64,000 nucleotides of DNA from an uncultured cyanobacterium (GCA_963703315.1 OY969811.1:288001-352000), one strand, 5' to 3'. Positions 53,165-62,764 are shown, counted from the first letter of the stretch. Numbers and translations are program-made. The notes: generated by a model from the letters alone, not told the origin.

Positions 53165-55111
53165 ATGAGCGAGATTAAGAGTAATTCCCTAAATTCAGCC
53201 AATCAAGTGCCAAATCAAGTACAGTTCCTTGATGAGTTTGAAGTAGTTGTCGTTGGTGCAGGTCATGCGGGTTGCGAAGCCGCCCTCGCCGCCGCCAGAA
53301 TGGGCTGCAAAACCTTATTACTAACTCTGAATCTCGATCGCATTGCATGGCAACCCTGTAACCCCGCCGTTGGGGGGCCTGCCAAGTCGCAACTCGTTCA
53401 TGAAGTCGATGCCCTCGGTGGTGAAATTGGCAAAATCACCGATCGCACCTATCTCCAAAAAAGAATTCTCAATGCTTCACGGGGACCTGCTGTCTGGGCG
53501 TTACGCGCCCAAACCGATAAACGCGAATATGCCGCCGAAATGAAAACGGTGGTGGAAAATGAGCCGAATCTCTCCGTGCGTGAGGGAACGGTAATTAACG
53601 TTTTATTAGATGCTAATCAAGGGATTGTCGGAGTTGAAACTCAATTTGGAGTGGGCTATGCCTGTCAAGCCGTAATCTTGACCACAGGCACATTTCTCAA
53701 TGGCAAGATCTGGGTGGGCAATCGCTCCATGTCCGCAGGTCGAGCAGGAGAATTTGCAGTGGCGGGACTTACGGAAACTCTCAATGCCTTAGGATTTGTA
53801 ACTGATCGCCTGAAAACTGGCACACCAGCGCGAGTTGATCGCCGCAGTGTGGACTATAGCAAAATGGAAGTCCAACCTTCGGATACCGAACAGAATTGGT
53901 TTAGCTTCGATCCGAGTGCATGGGTAGAACGGGAACAGATGAACTGTTACTTAACTCGCACCACTGCCGAAACCCATAAAATTATTCGTGATAATCTGCA
54001 TCTCACGCCTGTCTATGGTGGCTTTATCGATGCGAAAGGACCTCGCTATTGTCCGAGTATCGAAGATAAAATCGTGCGCTTTGCTGATAAAGAGAGCCAT
54101 CAAATTTTTATCGAACCAGAAGGTCGAAATATTCCTGAACTCTATATTCAAGGCTTCTCCACGGGAATGCCAGAGAATATTCAACTGCAAATGTTGAGAA
54201 CTCTCCCCGGTCTCGAAAATTGCAATATGCTTCGTGCCGCCTATGCAGTGGAATATGACTATATTCCTGCGACTCAGTGTTATCCCACCTTGATGACCAA
54301 GTTAATCGAAGGTCTATTTTGTGCAGGACAAATTAATGGAACTACTGGTTACGAAGAAGCTGCCGCACAGGGATTGATTGCGGGGATGAATGCCGCCCTT
54401 TTTGCCAAAGGGAAGGAAATGGTTGTCTTACCTCGCGCCAGTAGCTATATCGGTACGCTGATCGATGATCTTTGCACAAAGGAATTGCGTGAACCTTATC
54501 GAATGCTCACCAGTCGTTCTGAATATCGCTTGATTTTGCGATCGGACAATGCCGATCGCCGCCTCACACCCATCGGACGCGAAATTGGTTTAGTCGATGA
54601 TCGCCGTTGGCAACTCTTCTGTGATAAGCAAGAGCGCGTTCATGCGGAAGTACAACGTCTCAATCAAACTCGTGTCAAGGAAAAAGAAGAACTTGGTCAA
54701 AGGATTACGGCAGAAACAGGTGAAGCAATTCGTGGCGCAATTACGCTTTCGGATTTGCTGCGTCGTCCTAAGTTTAACTATGCGGAGTTAATTCACTACG
54801 GTTTAGCTGATCCAAATTTGAATCGTTTTGAACGTCTAGCTGCGGAAATTGAAGTCAAGTATGTTGGCTATATCCAACGCCAAGAGCATCAAATCGAGGA
54901 GGTTGCCAAACATAGCGATCGCAAGTTACCAACTGATATTGATTACAATGCGATCGAGACTCTATCTAAAGAATCAAGAGAGAAGTTGAGTAAGATTCGT
55001 CCGATGACGATTGGACAGGCTAGCCGTATTGGTGGGGTGAATCCTGCGGATGTGAATGCATTGCTAGTGTATTTAGAGATTCAACATCGACTGGCAGCGA
55101 AGACAAGATAA
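53165..55111 (+). CDS. mnmG: tRNA U34 carboxymethylaminomethyl modification enzyme GidA/MnmG
   Basis: [36 protein letters not shown]. Confidence 0.96.
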   Translation: MSEIKSNSLNSANQVPNQVQFLDEFEVVVVGAGHAGCEAALAAARMGCKTLLLTLNLDRIAWQPCNPAVGGPAKSQLVHEVDALGGEIGKITDRTYLQKRILNASRGPAVWALRAQTDKREYAAEMKTVVENEPNLSVREGTVINVLLDANQGIVGVETQFGVGYACQAVILTTGTFLNGKIWVGNRSMSAGRAGEFAVAGLTETLNALGFVTDRLKTGTPARVDRRSVDYSKMEVQPSDTEQNWFSFDPSAWVEREQMNCYLTRTTAETHKIIRDNLHLTPVYGGFIDAKGPRYCPSIEDKIVRFADKESHQIFIEPEGRNIPELYIQGFSTGMPENIQLQMLRTLPGLENCNMLRAAYAVEYDYIPATQCYPTLMTKLIEGLFCAGQINGTTGYEEAAAQGLIAGMNAALFAKGKEMVVLPRASSYIGTLIDDLCTKELREPYRMLTSRSEYRLILRSDNADRRLTPIGREIGLVDDRRWQLFCDKQERVHAEVQRLNQTRVKEKEELGQRITAETGEAIRGAITLSDLLRRPKFNYAELIHYGLADPNLNRFERLAAEIEVKYVGYIQRQEHQIEEVAKHSDRKLPTDIDYNAIETLSKESREKLSKIRPMTIGQASRIGGVNPADVNALLVYLEIQHRLAAKTR

Positions 55112-55138
55112 TTAGTTTTAGCGATCGCCCTAAGCACC

Positions 55139-57445
55139 ATGACTCAAGAGCCAGAACCGAAACCAAAGCTATCTCTCGAAGAGCAGATCACCGATATTGT
55201 TTTGAAAACGATCAAGACTGGTGGCATTGCTGGTGGTGGGATTGGTGCATTTTGGCAGTTGTTTATGGCGAGTGATATTCCCAAGGCGATCGCCTCGATG
55301 GTAATTGGTGCTGGTATATCCTATGGCGCGGCTTTGCTACAACCAATTCATGAGGGTAATAAAAAGCGCTTTAAGGGTTTAGGTGAGTCGGCAGATCGGG
55401 GTATCGAAAAGCTTGGCGAAAACGTAGCGGCAAATTGGCAAGCACTTGGCTTTGATGCGAAGTATCTACAATGTCAGATGTGGGACTGTCATGAAGACTA
55501 TGCGGTGGGATTGCGGGAAGATGAGAACTTGCCTGTGAATAATCCTTTGCTGCGTGAGGTATTTGTACCTTTGGAGCTATCTTCAGATTCCATTGCATCG
55601 GGTTATGAATTTCGCGATCGCGATGAAAGGTGCCAGCAGATTCAGATTTGGGAATTACTGGAAAGGGTAAAGCAGGATAATCGGTTGCGCCAGATTGCGA
55701 TTAGGGCTTGGGGCGGTTATGGCAAATCAACTTTGTTAAAGCATCTGACTTACATTTACAGCACTGGTGAATATAACAAGGGTGATTTTCGTAAATATAA
55801 GGCTCCTAAGTTTGTGCCATTTTTGCTCTATCTAGCAGGATCTTGGAAAGAGATCGCCAAAGAGAATCCGCCAGATTTGCCCGAACTATTGACCACGTTT
55901 CACATTGGGCGATTATCCAAAATCAAGGAGTTAGAAACGGTTCCACCGAATTGGGCGCTAAATTTACTACGGCGCGGTGATGCTCTGGTGATGTTTGATG
56001 GATTTGATGAAGTGCCACCTGTGCAGAGAGCAAAGGTGAGTGAGTGGCTGAGTGCAGAAATGCAGAAATATCGTGAAGCAGTTTTCATTGTGACTTCGCG
56101 CCCGACTGCTTTTCGAGAAGATTATGTAGCACGAAAACCAACTGCGAGTTTTTGGATTCAGGATTTTAATCAGGAACAGCGTAAGCAATTTGTGGAGCAG
56201 TGGTATTTGTGCCAAGAGCGCTATGCGAGGGCTGGACGGAATACTCCTGATGTGGAGGCGAAGGCGAAGGAGAGAGCGAAGTCTCTATTAGAACAAATTC
56301 AGGCACGTCCAGAGTTGAATGATATTGCGGGGAATGTGTTGCTATTGAATATGATGGCGCGGTTTCATCGGGATAATAAGATGGGGGCGGAGTTACCACA
56401 GCGTAAGGTGGAGCTATATCAAGAGATTTGTGAGTTACAGTTGGGGCGGCGACCAAGTGCTAGGGGAATTGCTCTGTTGCTAACTTCTATTAATCAACGT
56501 CAAGAGGTGTTGCAAGTTGTAGCTTTGAAAATGATGAAACGGGCTGTGTTTGACAGTGATAAAGAAGGTTTCAAACAAATTCAAAGGGATAGTTTATTGC
56601 AACTTATTCAAATGTATTTAGCAATGATCAAATCCGATGTTGATTCGCGGGAATTTTTAGCGCAAATGGTTCAGGTGAGTGAACTCTTAGTTGAAAGAGA
56701 TGGAAATATTTATCAGTTTTCGCACTTGAGCTTTCAGGAGTTTTTAGCAGCTTCAGAAATTGTCAGATTACAACAAGAAACCTTGTTATATGAGCATTTA
56801 AGCTTGAGTGCATGGAAAGATATGATTTTGTTCTATGCCAGTTTGGTTAATCCGACAAGGTTGATCCAAGAGGCAATTAATCGTAATGAAACAGATTTAG
56901 CGTATCTTATCTATCAACAAATTGATAAGAATTTAAATTTGTCGGCGGATGAGAGAAAGACTTTGGATAGTTTAAAAGAATCGGTTAATACCTCACGCTA
57001 TCATCAATTAGAAGAATATCTCAAAGCAAAGGAATGGTATAAAGCAGATGAAGAAACCTATAAGTTGATGATTACGGCGGTGGGTAAGGATGTTGGACAG
57101 GGATTTAGTTTAGATAATTTACGCAATTTCCCCTGTGATGAGTTACTGGCTATAGATCGCTTGTGGGTAAAACATAGCAATGGACTTTATGGCTTTAGCG
57201 TCCAGAAGGATATTTATGTCAAATGTGGTGGTAAGCTAGATTTTAGTTTGCCAAGTTCAGAGATTTGGGAAGAATTTTGCGATCGCACGGCATGGAAAAG
57301 CGAGGGTAAATGGGTGGACTATCCCCAACAATTTTTTGATAATAATTTTATGTATGTAAAGGGACACCTCCCAATGGGGACACCTCCCAATTTGGAGGGT
57401 GGCGATGCATACTTCTTTTCTCGCATCAAGACTTGTGAAGTGTAA
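55139..57445 (+). CDS. NACHT NTPase with C-terminal GUN4 domain
   Basis: GGYGKST, FDGFDE, TSRP, FSHLSFQEFLAA; W.KADEET, IDRLWVKHSNG.YGFSVQ, GHLP...SRIKTCEV. Confidence 0.85.
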   Translation: MTQEPEPKPKLSLEEQITDIVLKTIKTGGIAGGGIGAFWQLFMASDIPKAIASMVIGAGISYGAALLQPIHEGNKKRFKGLGESADRGIEKLGENVAANWQALGFDAKYLQCQMWDCHEDYAVGLREDENLPVNNPLLREVFVPLELSSDSIASGYEFRDRDERCQQIQIWELLERVKQDNRLRQIAIRAWGGYGKSTLLKHLTYIYSTGEYNKGDFRKYKAPKFVPFLLYLAGSWKEIAKENPPDLPELLTTFHIGRLSKIKELETVPPNWALNLLRRGDALVMFDGFDEVPPVQRAKVSEWLSAEMQKYREAVFIVTSRPTAFREDYVARKPTASFWIQDFNQEQRKQFVEQWYLCQERYARAGRNTPDVEAKAKERAKSLLEQIQARPELNDIAGNVLLLNMMARFHRDNKMGAELPQRKVELYQEICELQLGRRPSARGIALLLTSINQRQEVLQVVALKMMKRAVFDSDKEGFKQIQRDSLLQLIQMYLAMIKSDVDSREFLAQMVQVSELLVERDGNIYQFSHLSFQEFLAASEIVRLQQETLLYEHLSLSAWKDMILFYASLVNPTRLIQEAINRNETDLAYLIYQQIDKNLNLSADERKTLDSLKESVNTSRYHQLEEYLKAKEWYKADEETYKLMITAVGKDVGQGFSLDNLRNFPCDELLAIDRLWVKHSNGLYGFSVQKDIYVKCGGKLDFSLPSSEIWEEFCDRTAWKSEGKWVDYPQQFFDNNFMYVKGHLPMGTPPNLEGGDAYFFSRIKTCEV

Positions 57446-57546
57446 ACCATAAAACTTTCACACTTCTATTAACTTTTGTAAACCGACAATTAGCTACAAC
57501 ATAATGCGCTTTTCCGATATCCGTTACCTGTCAACAGCGTCTTCAT

Positions 57547-59250
57547 CCCACATTCCGCTCGTAATGGAAGGAAAAAAACAATTACGAAACAGGAGCAGGG
57601 AGCAAATAGTAGCGTTGGCAGGAGGGAGAAAAGAAATTCAAAATGTGAAGGCGAAGCGGAGACAAATTTGCAACTTGAGTCAGGTTCTGAAAAGAAACTA
57701 AATGAACCGCCATAAAACATTGAAAAATCCAACGCAAAGTTGGCGAATTAGTGGGTTTACCCAATTGATTAGGAATAGTATCTTGAGCGATGGCTAAGGC
57801 AAGTCTGAGTTGACGTTGGGCTAAATTATAAACGAGCAAGCACAGTGCCATAATCATGCCCAAAGCCTCAATGCGTTTAGCAGACTTGAGAAAAACACTC
57901 GAAGTAAAAAACAAAGGATCTTTGAGGAAACGAAAACCACGCTCAGTGCTCTGCTGAGCCTTGTATTCCCGTAAAGCATCATCAGCCGTGAATTGTAAGG
58001 AATCAAGAATATTCGTGGCTAAAATAAACCTGCCACAACGCTGTTGCTGAGCCAAGATTTCTGAGTCTATAGGAATCACCGTTGCAGTAATCCGATAACT
58101 AATGCTGGTGGGTATAGCATCAGGTTGTGGCTTACCCCGTTTCGCATAATGTGGTTTTTCTACTGCCTGAATATGGTCGAGTTGATGCCATTTCATCTTG
58201 GTTGATAATTTTTCAGCAGCAGCGATCGCGTCAGCAGCACAGGCAAAATCTTGTCCCGCCAAAGTGTGTAAATCTTGATGACATTTTTGCTGGACTTGCT
58301 CAAGCTTTTTGTCTAACTTTTTGATGTCTGATTTACGTCTTGCTTGGCTATCAACTAAAATCCATCTCTGTCTTACACCACCATACTCACTCACAGTTTC
58401 GGCTGTCCTGTATCCCTTAAATTTACTTTCTTGTAGGTCAGTTGTGCTTGACACTAAGTCACTTGCAGTTTTGATGCTTAATGGCACTCGGGTTAGCCAT
58501 TTTAGTCCTGTCATTGCTACCAGATTTTCTTCACTGTATAGCGCTGCATCGCCTACGCATATTCCCTCAAATGTCCACTGGGTTTTGAATTCTTGTAATA
58601 GTCCTGCAAATCTTGCTTTGTCGGCTTGATTTCCACTTACCACTTCCATCATTACGGGAATGTCTCCATCTCCTACACAGATCAGGTTCATCATAAATTG
58701 CTTCAGGTCGGGGCGATGGTCGCGTGAATATCCGTGTGTGATTTCGATACTCCCTTCTTCCTCTCTGCCATATTCCCCATCTACGTGAAATGAGGTTGAG
58801 TCTATATGTCCTGTTTCTACCTTGACATCGTATTTCGCTACTGCTTTCAGGCTGATTCCTAAAAATGTCTCACTCAGTCCTGCTTCATGTAAGTCATCCA
58901 GTACTTTACCGATGCGGTCATCATTGATTTGTTCGGCTGTTATCCCTTCCCCCAATAAGTGCTCGGTTGCTTTTCCTTCAAAGAATTTACCAAACATATA
59001 CAGGGGCGCTGATACAAATCCTAATCCATTCAGGAGCATTGCTTTGACGATTACCCCTGCGCTTACTTTTTCTCTTGAGCTTCTCCCGATTATCGTGTTT
59101 ATTTCTTCCACGATTCCCATCTCGTCGATGATTCCTGCCACGATCCCTAGATGGTCTAGGTTCGTTACTTTCATCTCTGTATTAATATCTGCCTCCTCTT
59201 TTTGCCTTTTCTCTAATTATTTTACCCTTCCATTACGAGCGGAATGTGGG
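57547..59250 (-). mobile_element. IS1634-family insertion sequence, complete (1704 bp)
   Basis: Perfect 25-bp TIRs (57547-57571 / 59226-59250) and 5-bp TSD TTCAT (57542-57546 / 59251-59255). Confidence 0.92.
57582..59174 (-). CDS. IS1634-family DDE transposase
   Basis: LDHLGIVAG, HIDSTSF, GYSRDHRPDLKQ, DAALY, ERGFRFLKDP. Confidence 0.92.
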   Translation of the reverse strand: MKVTNLDHLGIVAGIIDEMGIVEEINTIIGRSSREKVSAGVIVKAMLLNGLGFVSAPLYMFGKFFEGKATEHLLGEGITAEQINDDRIGKVLDDLHEAGLSETFLGISLKAVAKYDVKVETGHIDSTSFHVDGEYGREEEGSIEITHGYSRDHRPDLKQFMMNLICVGDGDIPVMMEVVSGNQADKARFAGLLQEFKTQWTFEGICVGDAALYSEENLVAMTGLKWLTRVPLSIKTASDLVSSTTDLQESKFKGYRTAETVSEYGGVRQRWILVDSQARRKSDIKKLDKKLEQVQQKCHQDLHTLAGQDFACAADAIAAAEKLSTKMKWHQLDHIQAVEKPHYAKRGKPQPDAIPTSISYRITATVIPIDSEILAQQQRCGRFILATNILDSLQFTADDALREYKAQQSTERGFRFLKDPLFFTSSVFLKSAKRIEALGMIMALCLLVYNLAQRQLRLALAIAQDTIPNQLGKPTNSPTLRWIFQCFMAVHLVSFQNLTQVANLSPLRLHILNFFSPSCQRYYLLPAPVS

Positions 59251-59338
59251 TTCATTGTCACCACCGTCATTTTCCGACAATTTCTGGCAAAACATTATTC
59301 CCATAATTCTCGTAGATACTGTCTTGAGTACCAAAAAG

Positions 59339-60325
59339 TCAAGAGGGAATTTGAACAAAATTTGGGTCGAAAGAACGCTGAGACTTGAGAACGCCAAAGA
59401 CCTGTCGTAACAGCTTGTGCATGACAGCCCCAATGACAGACATTTTGGACTTACCCTTAGCCGTAAGGCGAGCGCAGAAAGCAGCAATCGGCAAATTATA
59501 ACGACGGGCAACAATCGCAGGCATAAACAAAGCTTTACGCAAACGCGAATTACCAATTTTAGATAAACGTGGCTTACCATGAATCGAAGAACCAGATGAG
59601 AACTCACGGGGAGTTAAACCCGCAAAAGCTGCCAGTTGATCAGCAGTATCAAAGGCAGAAATATCCCGAATTTCCGCCAGTAATATAGTTGCGGTCAGTT
59701 CAGCAATACCAGGAATAGAAGTCAACAAATCCCGTTGAGATTTCAAATGAGGGTGTTGATCAAAGTGCTGACGGATCAATTTTTTGGTCATCTCAATTTG
59801 CTCTTTGAGAAAATCAATGTGAGCATTAATTGCCTCAACCAAAATTGGATCAGCCGTAGCAAGACGATTCTGCTCTTGCTGCTGCATAGCAGTTAAGCTA
59901 TCTAAACGATGCACCAATGCTTGTAGTTGCTCAATTTCTAATGCTGGTGGTGTCCAAAGAGCAGGTTTTAAGGCTGCACAAAATCTAGCAATGACTTTAG
60001 CATCAGCACGGTCAGTCTTTGTACGACTTAACTCACTCTTGCCAAAGGCTTTGGGACGGGATGGATTAACAATACTTACTTTGTATCCTGCCTCTACTAA
60101 GAATCTAGCTAACCCATTGCCGTAAGTGCTGGTAGCTTCCATACAACTATGCAAGTTTGTCACATTTTGAAGGTTTAGCCATTCTTGTAATTCAGCAAAT
60201 CCTTCAGGATTGTTGGCAAATACTTTGCTCTTGATTTTGGCGTTGCCTTGGATTAGAGCAACATCAAATTTGGCTTTGCTGATATCTATTCCTAAAACAT
60301 CATATACTTCATTGTTATTGTTCAT
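59339..60325 (-). CDS. IS110 recombinase (DEDD RuvC + Tnp domain)
   Basis: GIDISK, MEAT, KTDRADA, SIPGI, FSSGSS catalytic Ser, GNSRLR. Confidence 0.95.
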   Translation of the reverse strand: MNNNNEVYDVLGIDISKAKFDVALIQGNAKIKSKVFANNPEGFAELQEWLNLQNVTNLHSCMEATSTYGNGLARFLVEAGYKVSIVNPSRPKAFGKSELSRTKTDRADAKVIARFCAALKPALWTPPALEIEQLQALVHRLDSLTAMQQQEQNRLATADPILVEAINAHIDFLKEQIEMTKKLIRQHFDQHPHLKSQRDLLTSIPGIAELTATILLAEIRDISAFDTADQLAAFAGLTPREFSSGSSIHGKPRLSKIGNSRLRKALFMPAIVARRYNLPIAAFCARLTAKGKSKMSVIGAVMHKLLRQVFGVLKSQRSFDPNFVQIPS

Positions 60326-60364
60326 TGGGGGCAGTCCTCTTGCTAGATTTGTCCATCAAGCAAT

Positions 60365-60562
60365 CAGTGGTATTGAACTATCCTTGTGAATGCAGGTTTA
60401 CCCGTTGGGCGACCTCTGATACTGTCCAGTCTTTACTTGTTTCCACTGTTTAAGCAGAGACGACTCTATCTACAAAACGGGCTTGGTGTCCCTAGGGGCA
60501 GATCGAGTTTATCTCTGCTTTTGCTTTTTCGGATTGTAGTAAAGATTTTATCCTTTACTTTT
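60365..60562 (-). ncRNA. Predicted bridge RNA (5' hairpin, target-binding loop, donor-binding loop); ends approximate
   Basis: Guides UCUGCCCCU (60494-60502), GUAG (60470-60473), ACAGUAUC (60418-60425) and ACAAG (60383-60387) match the reconstructed target and donor; closing stems visible. Confidence 0.85.
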
Positions 60563-60575
60563 CCTCCTAGATACA

Positions 60576-60776
60576 AGGGGCAGAGCATTCCCGCAGAAAT
60601 TTATGATTTTTCAGATCCTCTCAAATCGGGAATGCTCTGCCCTAAACCTCACACATTTACCGACAATCCCCAAACCGCAGAGATAAATTATTCGTTACAG
60701 CAAAGAGGGTAGAGCATTTGCCGATAGAGATTTCGGTGATAATTTACAAATATTGGCGCAAATGCTCTACCCCTAC
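60576..60776. repeat. REP cassette 1 (two hairpins), upstream of RAYT; 5' GTAG split by IS110
   Basis: gggcagagcattcccg/cgggaatgctctgccc and gggtagagcatttgc/gcaaatgctctacccctac. Confidence 0.85.
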
Positions 60777-60803
60777 ATTTGCCACATCTGCCATATTTAT
60801 TTT

Positions 60804-61283
60804 ATGTCTTACAATCCTGAAATTCATTATCGACGTTCTATCCGTTTGCAAGGATATGACTATACAAGCGCAGGAATCTATTTTGTAACCATCTGTTGCC
60901 ATCAAAGACAGCATTTGTTTGGAGAAATAGAAAATGGAGAGATGAAAATAAATGCGATCGGTCAAATTGTCTCTAACCTATGGCAAAAGATTCCTCAGCA
61001 TTTTCCGAATGTAGAGCTTGATGCATTTATTCTGATGCCCGATCACCTACATGGAATCATCGTAATTTCAGAATCAAAGGGAAAATCCTCCTTAGCCAAT
61101 ATTATCCAAAATTTTAAATCTATTTCCTCTCGCAAAATCAATCGTATTAACAAAAACTACGGCGTATCGATTTGGCAACGCAATTATTACGAAAAGATTA
61201 TCAGATCTGAACAGGAATTAAAAAATCTGCGTGAATACATTAAAAATAATCCAGCTAATTGGACAGATTGCAATACCGAATAA
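60804..61283 (+). CDS. REP-associated tyrosine transposase (RAYT, Y1 HUH)
   Basis: RRSIRLQGYDY...YFVTIC, MPDHLHGI, WQRNYYE.IIR, YI.NNP; ATG 60804 preferred because the upstream in-frame ATG lies in the REP. Confidence 0.9.
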   Translation: MSYNPEIHYRRSIRLQGYDYTSAGIYFVTICCHQRQHLFGEIENGEMKINAIGQIVSNLWQKIPQHFPNVELDAFILMPDHLHGIIVISESKGKSSLANIIQNFKSISSRKINRINKNYGVSIWQRNYYEKIIRSEQELKNLREYIKNNPANWTDCNTE

Positions 61284-61316
61284 ATCGAGATAATGTTTTT
61301 ATTCGCATGATTCTCT

Positions 61317-61519
61317 TAGGGGCAGAGCATTCCCGCAGAAATTTATGATTTTTCAGATCCTCTCAAATCGGGAATGCTCTGCCCTAAACCTCCCACATTC
61401 ATCGACAATCCCCAAACCGCAGGGATAAATTATGGATAAAAGCCAAGAGGGTAGAGCATTTGCGGATATAGATAGTAGTAGCAATTTGAAAGATAGTGAC
61501 GCAAATGCTCTACCCCTAC
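61317..61519. repeat. REP cassette 2, direct repeat of cassette 1
   Basis: 61318-61392 is identical to 60576-60650; same second hairpin arms. Confidence 0.88.
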
Positions 61520-61531
61520 TGGCTCCTTCTC

Positions 61532-62764
61532 TTATTTGAACTTATCGAGAATGCGGCGCATGGCTTCATTCACGTTATCGCGACTGTTGAAAGCTGAAAT
61601 ACGGAAGTAACCTTCACCTGCTGCACCAAAACCAGAACCAGGGGTTCCGACCACATTACAGGTTTGCAAGAGCTTATCAAAGAAATCCCAACTGGTCAGC
61701 CCTGCGGGAGTCTTCACCCATACATAGGGAGCATTCTCGCCACCATAGACAGCCAAACCTGCTTCGGTCAATTTTTCACGGATAATCTTGGCGTTTTCCA
61801 TGTAGAAGTCAATCAAGGCTCTAGTTTGTGCTTTGCCTTCTTCAGAATAGACGGCTTCCGCACCACGTTGGACAATGTAGGAAACACCATTAAACTTAGT
61901 GGATTGACGACGATTCCAGAGCTTCCATAATTCGACATTAGAACCGTCTTTTGCCTTGCCAATCAAGTTCTTAGGCACTACAGTTAACGCGCAACGAGTA
62001 CCTGTAAATCCTGCATTCTTGGAGAAGGAACGGAACTCGATCGCACATTCCTTAGCGCCTTCAATTTCATAAATGGAGTGAGGAAGACTAGGATCGGTGA
62101 TAAAGGCTTCGTAGGCAGCATCAAAGAAGATGATTGAACCATTTGCCCGCGCATAATCGACCCATGCTTGCAAATGTTCCTTAGTCGCAGTTGCGCCTGT
62201 GGGATTGTTGGGGAAGCAGAGATAAATCAGATCGACTTTTTGGGTAGGAATCTCGGCGGTGAAATTATTTTCGGCGGTGACGGGTAAATAAACTAAGCCT
62301 TCGTATTCGCCTTTTTCGTTGATATCACCTGTGTGACCAGCCATGACGTTGGTATCGACATACACGGGATAGACAGGATCGGTGACAGCAATGATATTGT
62401 CATCGCCAAAAATATCGAGAATGTTGCCGCAGTCGCACTTAGAACCATCGGAAATGAAAATCTCGGAAGCGTCAATATCACAGCCTCTCGCCTGAAAATC
62501 ATGGGCGGCAATCTTTTCACGTAACCATGCGTAGCCTTGTTCAGGACCATAGCCCTTAAATGAACTGCGATCGCCCATATCTTCAACCGCTTTGATCATG
62601 GCATCACGACAGGCTTGGGGCAACGGTTCGGTGACATCGCCAATGCCGAGGCGGATCACTTTTGCGTCAGGATTTGCCTCGATAAAGGCGTTTACCCGTC
62701 TTGCGATTTCGGGAAACAGGTAGCCTGCCTTGAGTTTGAGATAGTTGTCGTTAACGGTAGCCAT
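61532..62764 (-). CDS. dapL: LL-diaminopimelate aminotransferase
   Basis: [33 protein letters not shown]. Confidence 0.95.
   Translation of the reverse strand: MATVNDNYLKLKAGYLFPEIARRVNAFIEANPDAKVIRLGIGDVTEPLPQACRDAMIKAVEDMGDRSSFKGYGPEQGYAWLREKIAAHDFQARGCDIDASEIFISDGSKCDCGNILDIFGDDNIIAVTDPVYPVYVDTNVMAGHTGDINEKGEYEGLVYLPVTAENNFTAEIPTQKVDLIYLCFPNNPTGATATKEHLQAWVDYARANGSIIFFDAAYEAFITDPSLPHSIYEIEGAKECAIEFRSFSKNAGFTGTRCALTVVPKNLIGKAKDGSNVELWKLWNRRQSTKFNGVSYIVQRGAEAVYSEEGKAQTRALIDFYMENAKIIREKLTEAGLAVYGGENAPYVWVKTPAGLTSWDFFDKLLQTCNVVGTPGSGFGAAGEGYFRISAFNSRDNVNEAMRRILDKFK

Larger units (their letters stand above)
59314..60577 (-). mobile_element. IS110-family (IS621-like) element, complete, inserted in a REP
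   Basis: AG (CT on minus strand) core at 59314-15 and 60576-77; removing it restores ttctcgtaggggcagagc, matching the second cassette ttctcttaggggcagagc at 61311; no TIR and no TSD beyond the core. Confidence 0.9.

Noticed and set aside
55139..57550. Diversity-generating retroelement at the GUN4 gene
   Set aside because: No reverse transcriptase, no template repeat and no adenine-specific mismatch pair in the window.
57504..59410. 65-codon ORF formed across the reconstructed IS1634 empty site
   Set aside because: No recognisable motif, and it runs into the IS110, so it is not evidence of an interrupted gene.
59313..60574. 7-bp direct repeat TAGATAC at both IS110 ends as a possible TSD
   Set aside because: Those boundaries leave 7 extra bases in the REP relative to cassette 2. 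The 2-bp AG/CT core restores the REP and agrees with the bridge-RNA guides.
59233..60712. ORFs 59233-59607, 58822-59388 and 60386-60712
   Set aside because: Alternative-frame or antisense ORFs over IS ends, the bridge RNA and REPs; no protein motifs.
60576..61519. Repeats as a CRISPR array
   Set aside because: They are inverted pairs around a RAYT, with no regular repeat-spacer period and no cas genes.
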